Shown in pieces: positions 1 to 8,131 of a DNA stretch of 64,000 nt. The position numbers were made by a program, and so were the translations under genes. The stretch comes from an uncultured bacterium (lineage in GTDB: Bacteria > Chloroflexota > UBA5177 > JANWHV01). The first letter of the stretch is position 1, and every line of letters starts with the position of its first letter. The notes beneath the pieces were generated by a model. That model saw nothing but the letters and a program-made list of their open reading frames with translations, was not told the DNA's origin and did not search any database. The DNA lies in contig CAWHAE010000019.1 in NCBI GenBank assembly GCA_963827235.1, positions 160,001-224,000 of the forward strand. The letters are read 5' to 3'.

Positions 1-423
1 AATGGCCACGACGTCGTAGATGACATGCGCGCACAGCACGACATCGGTTGGCTCGACGCGCGCGTCCTGCCACTTCTCCTCGACGACTGTGATGTTCGCG
101 ATGCGGTGGTGCGCCATCTGCTCCCGCAGTGCCCGCACCATGCCGGGATCGGGCTCGATCACGATCACCTCTTTGCACACGAGCGCCAGCGGCAGCGCAT
201 ACCGCCCCGCACCACCGCCGACGTCGAGCACGCTGGTCGCCGGCGAGACTGCCTGCAGCAGCCGATTGAGGACGGGGTCATCCGTCCGTCGCGGATCGGC
301 TACGAACATGCCGGCCACATAGCGGCCACTCTCGTCCGGCGCCCAGGCTGATTGCTCCTGGATCCGCCGTGATTGCTCGTGATGCGCTTCTACACGTGTT
401 ACCCAGGCCTCAACCGCGGTCAT
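1..423 (-). CDS. Class I SAM-dependent methyltransferase (partial, runs off left edge)
   Basis: Not in the ORF track. Hand translation from ATG at 423 (GGAGG RBS) gives MTAVEAW...SVLDVGGGAGRYALPLA...VIEPDPGM...DVVLCAHVIYDV: SAM motif I, acidic post-II residue and motif IV region. Confidence 0.85.
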   Translation of the reverse strand, partial: MTAVEAWVTRVEAHHEQSRRIQEQSAWAPDESGRYVAGMFVADPRRTDDPVLNRLLQAVSPATSVLDVGGGAGRYALPLALVCKEVIVIEPDPGMVRALREQMAHHRIANITVVEEKWQDARVEPTDVVLCAHVIYDVVAI

Positions 424-441
424 AATGCCTCCGCACCCCGT

Positions 442-615
442 CTACTCTGTCATCGTACCGGGCTCCGCCACGGTGGCACAGTCCACCCCGGTCACCAGGC
501 TGCGCTCCCCTACCTTCCCGTCGTGCAGATCGTCGTCACGGATCACCTCGTAGTCAGACTGGATGGGGTCCGTGAAGCGCTGCGCCAATTGTTGGAAGTT
601 TACCGACGCTTCCAC
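442..615 (-). pseudogene. 57-aa ORF resembling the N-terminus of a transposase/HTH protein (remnant)
   Basis: GTG start after GAGG; translates MEASVNFQQLAQRFTDPIQSDYEVIR...ERSLVTGVDCATVAE, which I recall as similar to N-termini of Chloroflexota HTH/integrase-core transposases. No catalytic domain follows. Confidence 0.4.
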
Positions 616-934
616 AACCTCGGCACCGGTTGTGTGCGCAGGTCAGGTGGATGGATGCCGTTAGTCTGGGAGTGTAGCATGCGCCCCGACAAAGGGCGGA
701 ATCTCGCCATCTACCGGCTAACAGCGGATAGGCGGAAGGACGGACGGTGTCCCTTGGACGCGCGTCTTCGCTAACCGATCGAGCGTGCGATCGTGCTGGC
801 TTCACGGGGTGTCCCAGCGGGAGCTGTCGCCAGAAGCCATCGCGCTTGTTCGCCATTTTCTGGACAGAATACGCTAGTCATGTATGTGGGGCAGTACGGC
901 CTACCGGCGCCGCCCTGAGCGAAACGGAGACCGA

Positions 935-1819
935 ATGATCGTGGTACCAGTGGCGTTCGCGGCTGTGCGCAGTGCCGATGGTGGCGACGTAGGCAGACAG
1001 TGGGTCGCCGCCCTGCCGGCGCTGGTGGAGAGGTTGTGTCAGCAATGGGGTCTCGAGGTCGAAGACCCGGCGCCGATGCACGGGTATTTCGGTCTTGTAG
1101 TTCCGGTGAAGCGGCGCGGCGAGCGGTGCGCTCTCAAGATCAGCTGGCAGGAGGATGTGACTGCAGATGAAGCCATCGCCTTGGCAACCTGGGACGGACG
1201 TGGCGCTGCCCGGCTACTCGCCGCGAATCCCGAAGCCGGAGCCCTGCTGCTTGAGCGATTGGATTGGCGCCGATCTTTGCGCCACCTGGAACTGCTCGAG
1301 GCGGCTGCAGTCGCCGGCGGGCTGGTGCGGAGACTAGCGGTGGCAGCACCCCCAGGTATTCGCACGCTGCATGACGTTGCGGACGACCTCGCCGCGTCCC
1401 TCCCCAGCCGTCAAGAGAAGCTGGGTCGCCCTGTCTCAAAGCGGTGGCTTGACGCAGCATGTGACCTAGCACGCGAACTTGGGCCACATGTGAGCGACCG
1501 GCTGGTTCATGGCGATCTGCATTACGGTAACGTACTTGCAGGGCAGCGTGAGCCGTGGCTGGCGGTGGACCCGAAGGCGGTCGCTGGTGACCCGGAGTTC
1601 TCGGTGCCCGAACTGTTGTGGACCCGGATCGACGAGGTGAGCGATGCCAGCGGGGTGCGTCGCTTGTTGGCCGTGCTGGTTGAGAGCGGCGCTCTACGCG
1701 CGGATATCGCGTGCGGCTGGGCGATCTTACGCTGTGTTGACTACTGGTTGTGGGGACTCGCCAACGGACTCACGAACGATCCGGTTCGCTGCCAACGAGT
1801 GCTCGAGGCAATCGCCTAG
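935..1819 (+). CDS. Aminoglycoside/hydroxyurea phosphotransferase family kinase (APH(6)-like)
   Basis: ALKIS lysine motif, EAIALATWDGRGAARLL, LVHGDLHYGNVL catalytic loop, WLAVDPK. Confidence 0.85.
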   Translation: MIVVPVAFAAVRSADGGDVGRQWVAALPALVERLCQQWGLEVEDPAPMHGYFGLVVPVKRRGERCALKISWQEDVTADEAIALATWDGRGAARLLAANPEAGALLLERLDWRRSLRHLELLEAAAVAGGLVRRLAVAAPPGIRTLHDVADDLAASLPSRQEKLGRPVSKRWLDAACDLARELGPHVSDRLVHGDLHYGNVLAGQREPWLAVDPKAVAGDPEFSVPELLWTRIDEVSDASGVRRLLAVLVESGALRADIACGWAILRCVDYWLWGLANGLTNDPVRCQRVLEAIA

Positions 1820-1919
1820 CTCCCTGAAGTGGCGCGTGCGGGCTGGGGGCACCTCACCCACTAGAACGTCCACAGCCCAGGCTGGATGCCGCCCTTCACG
1901 CGTCCCCTGAGCTGAGTCA

Positions 1920-1999
1920 GTTTCCCGCTTATCTGAACCGCCTTGGGCTTCAGCCCGCCCGTCCCGTGGGCCGAGCGTGTTTCCCGCTTCTGTGAACCG
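1920..1999. repeat. Pair of 21-bp direct repeats separated by 38 bp
   Basis: GTTTCCCGCTTATCTGAACCG (1920-1940) and GTTTCCCGCTTCTGTGAACCG (1979-1999), 19/21 identical. Confidence 0.7.
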
Positions 2000-2007
2000 T
2001 ATTGCGC

Positions 2008-5000
2008 CTAACCCCAGCGACTGGCGATGCCGGCATTGACAGACTTTCGAGCCTGTGCATCCTCAAGCGCATTGCCAGGGGAAAGCGTGGGTTGATGCGG
2101 CGTTCGCGCCAGTGCCTCACTCAGCGGCACCACCCGCCGTGCTCTCACCGCTACCGCTCCTGTCCGCCACTCCACGTTGCCCTCCACCAGCACCAAGGCC
2201 TCGCCCTTGATCACGCGCCGGTCGCGCTCGTAGACGTCCGGCATGACCACGATGTTGACGAGACCGGTCTCGTCGGAGAGCGATTCGAAGACCACGCCAC
2301 CGGCCGTCGGTGGCCGCTGCGTGCCGATCTGCTGCCCGGCGATGCGTACCGGCATGCCCGGCGGCAGCTTGGCGAGGTCGGTGGAACACGAGCAGCCCTG
2401 CGCATTGAGCCGCTCGCGGAAATGGGTGAACACGTGCTGCCCGGGACTCAGTCCCAGGGCCTGGCGGTCCAGCACCAGGTCCTCCAGCGGGGTGGTCGGC
2501 GCCAGCGCCACCGGCGGGTCGACCACCTCGACGGCACGCGGCAGCCAGCCCTCGCGCCGGGCCCGCGCCACTACCTTGGCCTGCCACATCGCCTGCCGCC
2601 GGTTCGGGATGAGTGCCCGCAAGGCACCCGAGCGCGCCAGGGCCAGGGCGTCCCCGGCATCCAGCTCCGCCTCGGTGCACAGGTCTTCGAAGGTTGTGGC
2701 AGGCCGCTCCCGGCGCATGGCGGCTACGATGCGGCTGCCGGCAGCCTCGCTCATGTCGCGAATCTGCCGCAGGCCCAGCCGCACGGCCCCGTCGGGCTCG
2801 ATGGTGCACGGCTCGCCACTGGCGAAGATGTCCACCGGCCGTACCGTGACGCCGTGCCGGACGGCATCCTGCACCACCAGTTCCGGCGGATAGAAGCCCA
2901 TGGGCTGGGCATCCAGCAGGGCGGCGGCGAAGACGGCGGGATGGTGCACCTTGAGCCAGCAAGAGACGTAGCTCAGATAGCCGAAGGCATAGGCATGTCC
3001 GCGCACGAAGCCGTAGCCGGAGAAGGCGGTCATATTGGTCAGGATGTCCTCGCCGGCCTGGTCGCCGATGCCCCGCTTGCGCAGCTGCTCGCGCAGCCGC
3101 TCGGTGAGGTGGGCCATGCGACTGGCACTGCGGGCACTGCTCATCGCCCGGCGCAGCTCGGCGGCCTCGGCAGGCTCCAGCCCGCAGGCCCGGCCCAGCT
3201 CGATCACCTGATCCTGGAAGAGCATCACGCCCAGGGTATCGGCGAGCACCGGCTCCAGCAGCTCTCGCCCCGCCTTCCCGCCGGGATAGGCGATCTTCTC
3301 CATACCGCGGCGCCGGCGCAGATAGGGCTGCACCACCCCGCCCTGGATCGGGCCGGGCCGGATCAGCGCCACCGCCACGGCGAGGTCGTGGAGCGTGCGG
3401 GGCTGCAGCATGGGCAGACAGGCGCTCATCTGGGCCCGGGACTCGAGCTGGAAGACCCCCACCGTGTCGCAGGCGCAGAAGGCGTCATACACCGCCGGGT
3501 CGTCACAGGTGAAGCCGTGCAGCTCTAAGCGCTCGCCGGTGCGCTCGGCGATCGTGGCGAAGCAACGCTGGATCACGGCGAGCATACCCAGGCCCAGCAG
3601 GTCGATCTTGGCCAGGCCGGCCAGCTCGGCGGAATCCTTGTCCCACTGGATGACGATGCGGCCCGGCATGCGGGCTCGCTCGATCGGCGCCACCTCGCCC
3701 AACGGCCCGGCGGTGAGCACCAACCCGCCGGGGTGCTGGCCCAGGTGGCGCGGCGTCCCTTCCAGGCGACGGCACAGATCGGGCAGACGGCCGGCGAGGC
3801 CGGGCAGGATGGGGAAGCGTGTGTGGTGCGAGAAGTGCTCCTGCTCATTGGCCAGGGCACCCTGCGCCTCGCGGTCCAGGCCCAGTGCCATGCCAACCTC
3901 GCGCGTGGCCAGCCGGGCGCGGAAGGTGATCGCGGTGCTCACCAGGGCGGCGTGCCCACGGTAGTGCGAGAGGGCGTACTGGATCACCGCTTCCCTCGCC
4001 AGAGTCGCGTCGCGGTCGCTGGGTAGGTCCAGGTCGATGTCCGGCGGATCGATGCGGCCGATATCGAGGAACCGGTCGAAGGAGAGGCGGTGGGCGAGGG
4101 GCTCGATGGCGCTGATGCCCAGGGCGTAGCACACCAGTGAGCCCACGCTGCTGCCGCGGGCCTGGCAGAGCATCCCCAGGCCGCGTGCGTGGCGGACGAA
4201 GTCCCAGACGATGAGGAAGTAATCGAATAGATCGTGGTAGGTGATCACCTCCAGCTCGTGTGCGAACCGTGTGCGCACCGCGTCGCTGTCCGCGGCATCG
4301 CCGTAGCGATCGCGCAATCCCTTCTCGGCGAGCTCGCGGAGATATGAGGCGCTGGTCTGTCCCTCCGGCACGGCAAAGGCCGGCAGCCGGGAATCTACTG
4401 AGGAAAGGTCGAAACGGCAGCGCTCCGCCAGCTCCTCCGTGCCCAGCAGAGCCGCGGGCAGGTCGGCAAAGCGGCCGGCCATCTCCTGGGGCGTGCGCAG
4501 GTGTGCGGAGGACCCGGGACGCAGGTGCGGGCGCGCTTCTTGTATGGAGACACGCTCCCGCATGCAGACCAGCACGTCCTGCAGATCGTGCTCGACGGGC
4601 TCGGCGAAGTGGGCGTCTCCCGTGGCCGCCAGGCCGACCCCCGCGCGGCGGGCCAGGCGGGCCAGGTTATAGGCCACCACCTGCTCGTCCGCCAGGCCGG
4701 GCAGCTGGATCTCTACCCAGGTATGGGCGCGGCCGAAGATCTCCACCAGGCCCGAGAGGGCGCGAAAGGCGGCACGGCGGTCGTCGCGCAGCACCGCGGC
4801 GGCGACCGGACCCTTGCGGCAGCCTGTGAGGCACTCGATCCCGGCGCTGTTGGAGTCGAGGTCGGCAAATGTAGCCAGTGGCGCGCCTTTCTCGCCGGCG
4901 AGCTGGGATGTGGAGACCAGGCGGCAGAGCGAGCGGTAGCCGTCCTCGTCGCGGGCCACGAGCGTGAGGTGCGTGCCGTCGCTCATGGTCAGCTCCACGC

Positions 5001-5211
5001 CGGCGATGGGCACGATGCCGGCGGCCTGGCAGGCGCGGGCATGGGCGACCAACCCGGCCAGCGAGTCGTGATCGGTGATCGCCAGGGCGCGATAGCCCAA
5101 AGCGGCGGCCCGTTTGACCATGGCCTCGGGGCTGGAGGCGCCGTCCAGCAGGGAGTAATGCGTGTGCGCGTGCAGCTCGCTCCAGCTCACCGATCCCGTG
5201 CCGTGAATCAT
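2008..5211 (-). CDS. dnaE2: Error-prone DNA polymerase III alpha subunit DnaE2 (ImuC)
   Basis: PHP domain ELHAHTHYSLLDGASSPE / LAITDHD, RGSSVGS, PDIDLD, HLGQHPGG, KIDLLGLGML, QPMGFY, C-terminal OB fold QRPPTAGGVVF; 1067 aa; SOS box upstream. Confidence 0.95.
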   Translation of the reverse strand: MIHGTGSVSWSELHAHTHYSLLDGASSPEAMVKRAAALGYRALAITDHDSLAGLVAHARACQAAGIVPIAGVELTMSDGTHLTLVARDEDGYRSLCRLVSTSQLAGEKGAPLATFADLDSNSAGIECLTGCRKGPVAAAVLRDDRRAAFRALSGLVEIFGRAHTWVEIQLPGLADEQVVAYNLARLARRAGVGLAATGDAHFAEPVEHDLQDVLVCMRERVSIQEARPHLRPGSSAHLRTPQEMAGRFADLPAALLGTEELAERCRFDLSSVDSRLPAFAVPEGQTSASYLRELAEKGLRDRYGDAADSDAVRTRFAHELEVITYHDLFDYFLIVWDFVRHARGLGMLCQARGSSVGSLVCYALGISAIEPLAHRLSFDRFLDIGRIDPPDIDLDLPSDRDATLAREAVIQYALSHYRGHAALVSTAITFRARLATREVGMALGLDREAQGALANEQEHFSHHTRFPILPGLAGRLPDLCRRLEGTPRHLGQHPGGLVLTAGPLGEVAPIERARMPGRIVIQWDKDSAELAGLAKIDLLGLGMLAVIQRCFATIAERTGERLELHGFTCDDPAVYDAFCACDTVGVFQLESRAQMSACLPMLQPRTLHDLAVAVALIRPGPIQGGVVQPYLRRRRGMEKIAYPGGKAGRELLEPVLADTLGVMLFQDQVIELGRACGLEPAEAAELRRAMSSARSASRMAHLTERLREQLRKRGIGDQAGEDILTNMTAFSGYGFVRGHAYAFGYLSYVSCWLKVHHPAVFAAALLDAQPMGFYPPELVVQDAVRHGVTVRPVDIFASGEPCTIEPDGAVRLGLRQIRDMSEAAGSRIVAAMRRERPATTFEDLCTEAELDAGDALALARSGALRALIPNRRQAMWQAKVVARARREGWLPRAVEVVDPPVALAPTTPLEDLVLDRQALGLSPGQHVFTHFRERLNAQGCSCSTDLAKLPPGMPVRIAGQQIGTQRPPTAGGVVFESLSDETGLVNIVVMPDVYERDRRVIKGEALVLVEGNVEWRTGAVAVRARRVVPLSEALARTPHQPTLSPGNALEDAQARKSVNAGIASRWG

Positions 5212-5229
5212 GATGCCGCACGCAAATAG

Positions 5230-5245
5230 TAGAACATTAGTACTA
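5230..5245. promoter_or_regulatory. LexA (SOS) box upstream of dnaE2
   Basis: TAGAACATTAGTACTA = GAAC-N4-GTAC with palindromic TA flanks, about 20 bp upstream of the dnaE2 ATG; minus-strand TTGACA at 5282-5287. Confidence 0.8.
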
Positions 5246-5581
5246 ATATCTGCGCCTATCCTCCCACACGTGCTTCCGCCGTGTCAAGTGGTCTATCGTG
5301 ATTGGATTCGACTCATCCACCGCGTGGCCGGCGCGAACCGTGCCTGGCAACCATGGACGGTTTGGGCTTCAAGATGGTCACAAGCGCATTCAGACAGTGT
5401 TGTTCCGAGCACAGCGCAGCTTTCACGCACGGCGGTCTCTCCCCACGCTCGCGGTGCGGATCGCCAAAGTCGCGCAGGTCGGCGCGGACGACGTGCTCAC
5501 GGGCCGGTACCCAGCAGTACCCCATCCGCGGGCACATTGCCTCTGCACGCGTAGTGCGCAGGAGGGTCCACGAAGGGGCCC

Positions 5582-5734
5582 ATGACTGACCGCATCGTCG
5601 CGACGAGCGAGTTACCTATCGAACGCGCGAACGAGGTGGCCGCGACCCTGCTGGAGCCGGTGATGATCAATGCCGAAGAGTGGGTGTGTGACTTCCCCGT
5701 CGAGATCCAACGTGATACGCTGGTTCGGCATTGA
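5582..5734 (+). CDS. Small hypothetical protein (50 aa), possibly truncated
   Basis: ATG after GAAGGGG; MTDRIVATSELPIERANEVAATLLEPVMINAEEWVCDFPVEIQRDTLVRH has globular-looking composition and coding-like codon use. Confidence 0.35.
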   Translation: MTDRIVATSELPIERANEVAATLLEPVMINAEEWVCDFPVEIQRDTLVRH

Positions 5735-5812
5735 CGACCCTGATGGTAACGGGATGCGATGGCACCGCGCGTTGACCGGCGATACTCAAGTGTCGGGCGA
5801 AGGACAACAACC

Positions 5813-6232
5813 ATGAACAACAGAAACAGCGGCTCGCAGGCCGGGGAAGGAGGAGACTCTCCCTCCCAGCTGATCGATGCGAGAATCAAGGAGCTGAGTG
5901 ATTGGCGGGGCGAGACTCTCGCTCGGGTCCGCTTGCTCATCAAGCAGATCGACCCGGACGTGGTCGAGGAGTGGAAGTGGCGAGGGGTTCCGGTGTGGTC
6001 GCACGCCGGCATGATTTGCACCGGTGAGACGTACAAGCAGGTCGTGAAGGTGACCTTCGCCAAGGGCGCCGCGTTGGAGGACCCTGCAGGCCTCTTCAAC
6101 TCCAGCCTCGAAGGCAACACCAGGCGTGCCATCGATTTCCACGAGGGCGACCAGATTGATGAACAGGCGTTGCAGGGGCTTATCCGCGCCGCCGTGGCAT
6201 TGAACACGTCCTCAGTTGCCCGGCGGCGATAG
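5813..6232 (+). CDS. DUF1801 (YdhG-like) domain protein
   Basis: SPSQLIDARIKELSDWRGETLARVRLLI...EEWKWRGVPVWSHAGMICTGETYKQVVKVTFAKGAALEDPAGLFNSSLEGNTRRAID; AAGGA RBS. Confidence 0.85.
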   Translation: MNNRNSGSQAGEGGDSPSQLIDARIKELSDWRGETLARVRLLIKQIDPDVVEEWKWRGVPVWSHAGMICTGETYKQVVKVTFAKGAALEDPAGLFNSSLEGNTRRAIDFHEGDQIDEQALQGLIRAAVALNTSSVARRR

Positions 6233-6608
6233 CGCCGGGCAGCAGGAGCAGGCTGGAGAGGGCGATGACCAGGATCGCCTCAAGGGCGCCGCAACGCGTC
6301 GCCCCGTCCAGAATCGTCCAGGCCTGGGCGGCGGTGAGGGGACTGGCGATGGTCAGGGTGCGCAGATCGACGCCGGCCGCGACGAGCGTTGCCCGCCCGT
6401 GCCATCCACGCCGGCATACTCGATCGCGCTGCCGCGTGGCAGGCCGCCGGCGAGCAGATCCAGGCCGAGCGAGCCGGTAGAGAGCGGGGGCTGGCCTTCG
6501 ACGGGGATACGGGAGAGAGGTCCGCGGCGAAACGAATGGTCTGAGCACCAAACCGTTTCCGCAGGTTGTCCAGGGCGGCAACCAGGCGATCCGTCGCGAC
6601 CGCGTCAT
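6225..6608 (-). pseudogene. recA-like / ImuA-like recombinase remnant, frameshifted and internally deleted
   Basis: Three frames give LVAALDNLRKRFGAQTIRF (RecA N-terminal helix), LSTGSLGLDLLAGGLPRGSAIEYAGVDGTG (pre-Walker A) and AAGVDLRTLTIASPLTAAQAWTILDGATRCGALEAILV (to Walker B). ATG 6608 has a GGAGG RBS. Confidence 0.75.
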
Positions 6609-6624
6609 AGACCTCCCGAAATAC

Positions 6625-6640
6625 TAGAATAGGTGTTCTA
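6625..6640. promoter_or_regulatory. LexA (SOS) box upstream of the recA-like remnant
   Basis: TAGAATAGGTGTTCTA (GAAT-N4-GTTC), same TA flanks and similar spacing to the start codon as the dnaE2 box. Confidence 0.75.
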
Positions 6641-6774
6641 GACAACTAACGCTCCCGACCGGTTCGCATTGTCAGTGGGATTGTTGGCCAAGCGGTGCGC
6701 GGTCGCCCGAAAAGGAGGCAACCGATTGGCCTGAGCGGGGGCCGCATACGGTAGCAAGAACGAACCACCCTCGC

Positions 6775-7362
6775 TTACGACGCGCGGTTGATGCCGTTGA
6801 GGATCAGAGAGCAGACCGCTTCGAAGTCAGTATCGATAGTAGGCTTGGTCCACTCCGGCGCGTGCGCTGGGTTGTGAAAGAAGTTCGTCGCGAGTAGGAT
6901 TGCTCTTGCCGTGGTCGCCGGGTCAGCGACCATGAACTCACCACTGGCGACTCCGTCTTCGAGGATCCGCTTGATCTGATTGGCGAAGGTTCCAAGGTGC
7001 TCCTCGACGACTTCTCGCGCCTCCAATGTCAGCACGGCATAGGTGGCAAACATCTCTGGATCTTTAGTAGCAACATTGCGCTTGATCTCCGCTAGCTTAC
7101 GCAACCAGCGTCGTAAGCGCTCTGTGGCGGTCGCATTCTCGGTGTTGATGGTTCCGAGTTCTTGATCCACACGGGCTAGCCACTCCCTCATGACAGCGTC
7201 AAGCAACTCAGCTTTGCTCGCAAAATGCTTGTAGACACTGCTATGACTGACGCCGAGTACCCGCGCCATATCGACCACACTCGTTTTCGCGGGGCCGAAG
7301 CGGCGAAGGATATCTTCAGTCGCTTCGACTATTCGTTGCTTTGTGAGCACTGTGTCGGTCAT
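6775..7362 (-). CDS. TetR/AcrR family transcriptional regulator
   Basis: N-terminal HTH IVEATEDILRRFGPAKTSVVDMARVLGVSHSSVYKHFASKAELL; visibly lower GC than neighbours. Confidence 0.92.
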   Translation of the reverse strand: MTDTVLTKQRIVEATEDILRRFGPAKTSVVDMARVLGVSHSSVYKHFASKAELLDAVMREWLARVDQELGTINTENATATERLRRWLRKLAEIKRNVATKDPEMFATYAVLTLEAREVVEEHLGTFANQIKRILEDGVASGEFMVADPATTARAILLATNFFHNPAHAPEWTKPTIDTDFEAVCSLILNGINRAS

Positions 7363-7504
7363 GCTAGGTGTACGGCGGGCGACAGCACCGTCTCCAATGT
7401 AGCCTCGCCACGAGAATGCTCTGCGCTGATTCTCCCGAAATCGATCCGATCTGCCTTGAATCCGTTCAACATATCATTTCATCCCGCTCCGCCTGCACCA
7501 ACTT

Positions 7505-8131
7505 GTGCAGCCGATACAGCTCCGCGCCTTGCGCCTGAATGCTCAGCGCCTGGATACGGTGGTTCGGGAGCTGAAGCGCTGTGGTGCTCGTCGCGTGCTC
7601 GACCTGGGCTGCGGCGAAGGCCGCCTGCTGGTCGCCGACGGTTCCTTCACCCAGATCGCGGCACTCGACGTCTCCTACCGCGCACTGGAGCGGCTGCCGG
7701 AGCGCCTGCATCTGGATCGCCTGCCCGAGCGGCACAGTGCCCGTCTCACGCTTCTCCACGGGTGTCTCACCTATCGCGACAAGCGGCTGGCCGGCTACGA
7801 TGCTGCCGCCGTGGTCGAAGTGATCGAGCACCTGGATCCGGCCCGCCTGGCGGCCTTCGAGCGCGTGCTGTTCACCTGTGCCCGTCCGGCAACCATCGTG
7901 CTCACCACGCCCAATCGCGAATACAACGCCCACTTCGAGACGTTGCCGGCCGGGCTGTTCCGGCACAAGGATCATCGCTTCGAACGGACGCGCGCCGAGT
8001 TCCAGATCTGGGCGACTGCCACCGCGGCGAGCGCCGGCTACGCCGTCGAGCTTATGCCCATCGGACCCGAGGACGCTATGCTGGGTGCGCCTACGCAGAT
8101 GGCGGTCTTCACGCGGAAGGAACGGTCATGA
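7505..8131 (+). CDS. hen1: Hen1 3'-terminal RNA 2'-O-methyltransferase, C-terminal methyltransferase half only (possibly a pseudogene)
   Basis: LNAQRL...RRVLDLGCGEGRLL, LTYRDKRL, EVIEHLD, TTPNREYN, FRHKDHRFE, PTQMAVF. Stop overlaps the pnkp start (ATGA). The N-terminal half is missing. Confidence 0.8.
   Translation: MQPIQLRALRLNAQRLDTVVRELKRCGARRVLDLGCGEGRLLVADGSFTQIAALDVSYRALERLPERLHLDRLPERHSARLTLLHGCLTYRDKRLAGYDAAAVVEVIEHLDPARLAAFERVLFTCARPATIVLTTPNREYNAHFETLPAGLFRHKDHRFERTRAEFQIWATATAASAGYAVELMPIGPEDAMLGAPTQMAVFTRKERS

Noticed and set aside
935-1819. Bona fide streptomycin resistance gene
   Set aside because: Family motifs only; substrate cannot be inferred and such kinases are widespread in soil bacteria.
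1920-1999. CRISPR array
   Set aside because: Only two short, non-palindromic repeats; no leader and no cas genes in the window.
2002-3528. Long antisense or alternative-frame ORFs (also 33915-36041, 18371-20110, 8038-9456, 56418-57698)
   Set aside because: Shadow ORFs of real high-GC genes; Arg/Ala/Pro-rich or antisense, with no motifs.
7225-8127. 1161-aa version of Pnkp with a long N-terminal extension
   Set aside because: The extension overlaps tetR and hen1 in other frames and has no protein-like character; the real start is ATG 8128, coupled to the hen1 stop.
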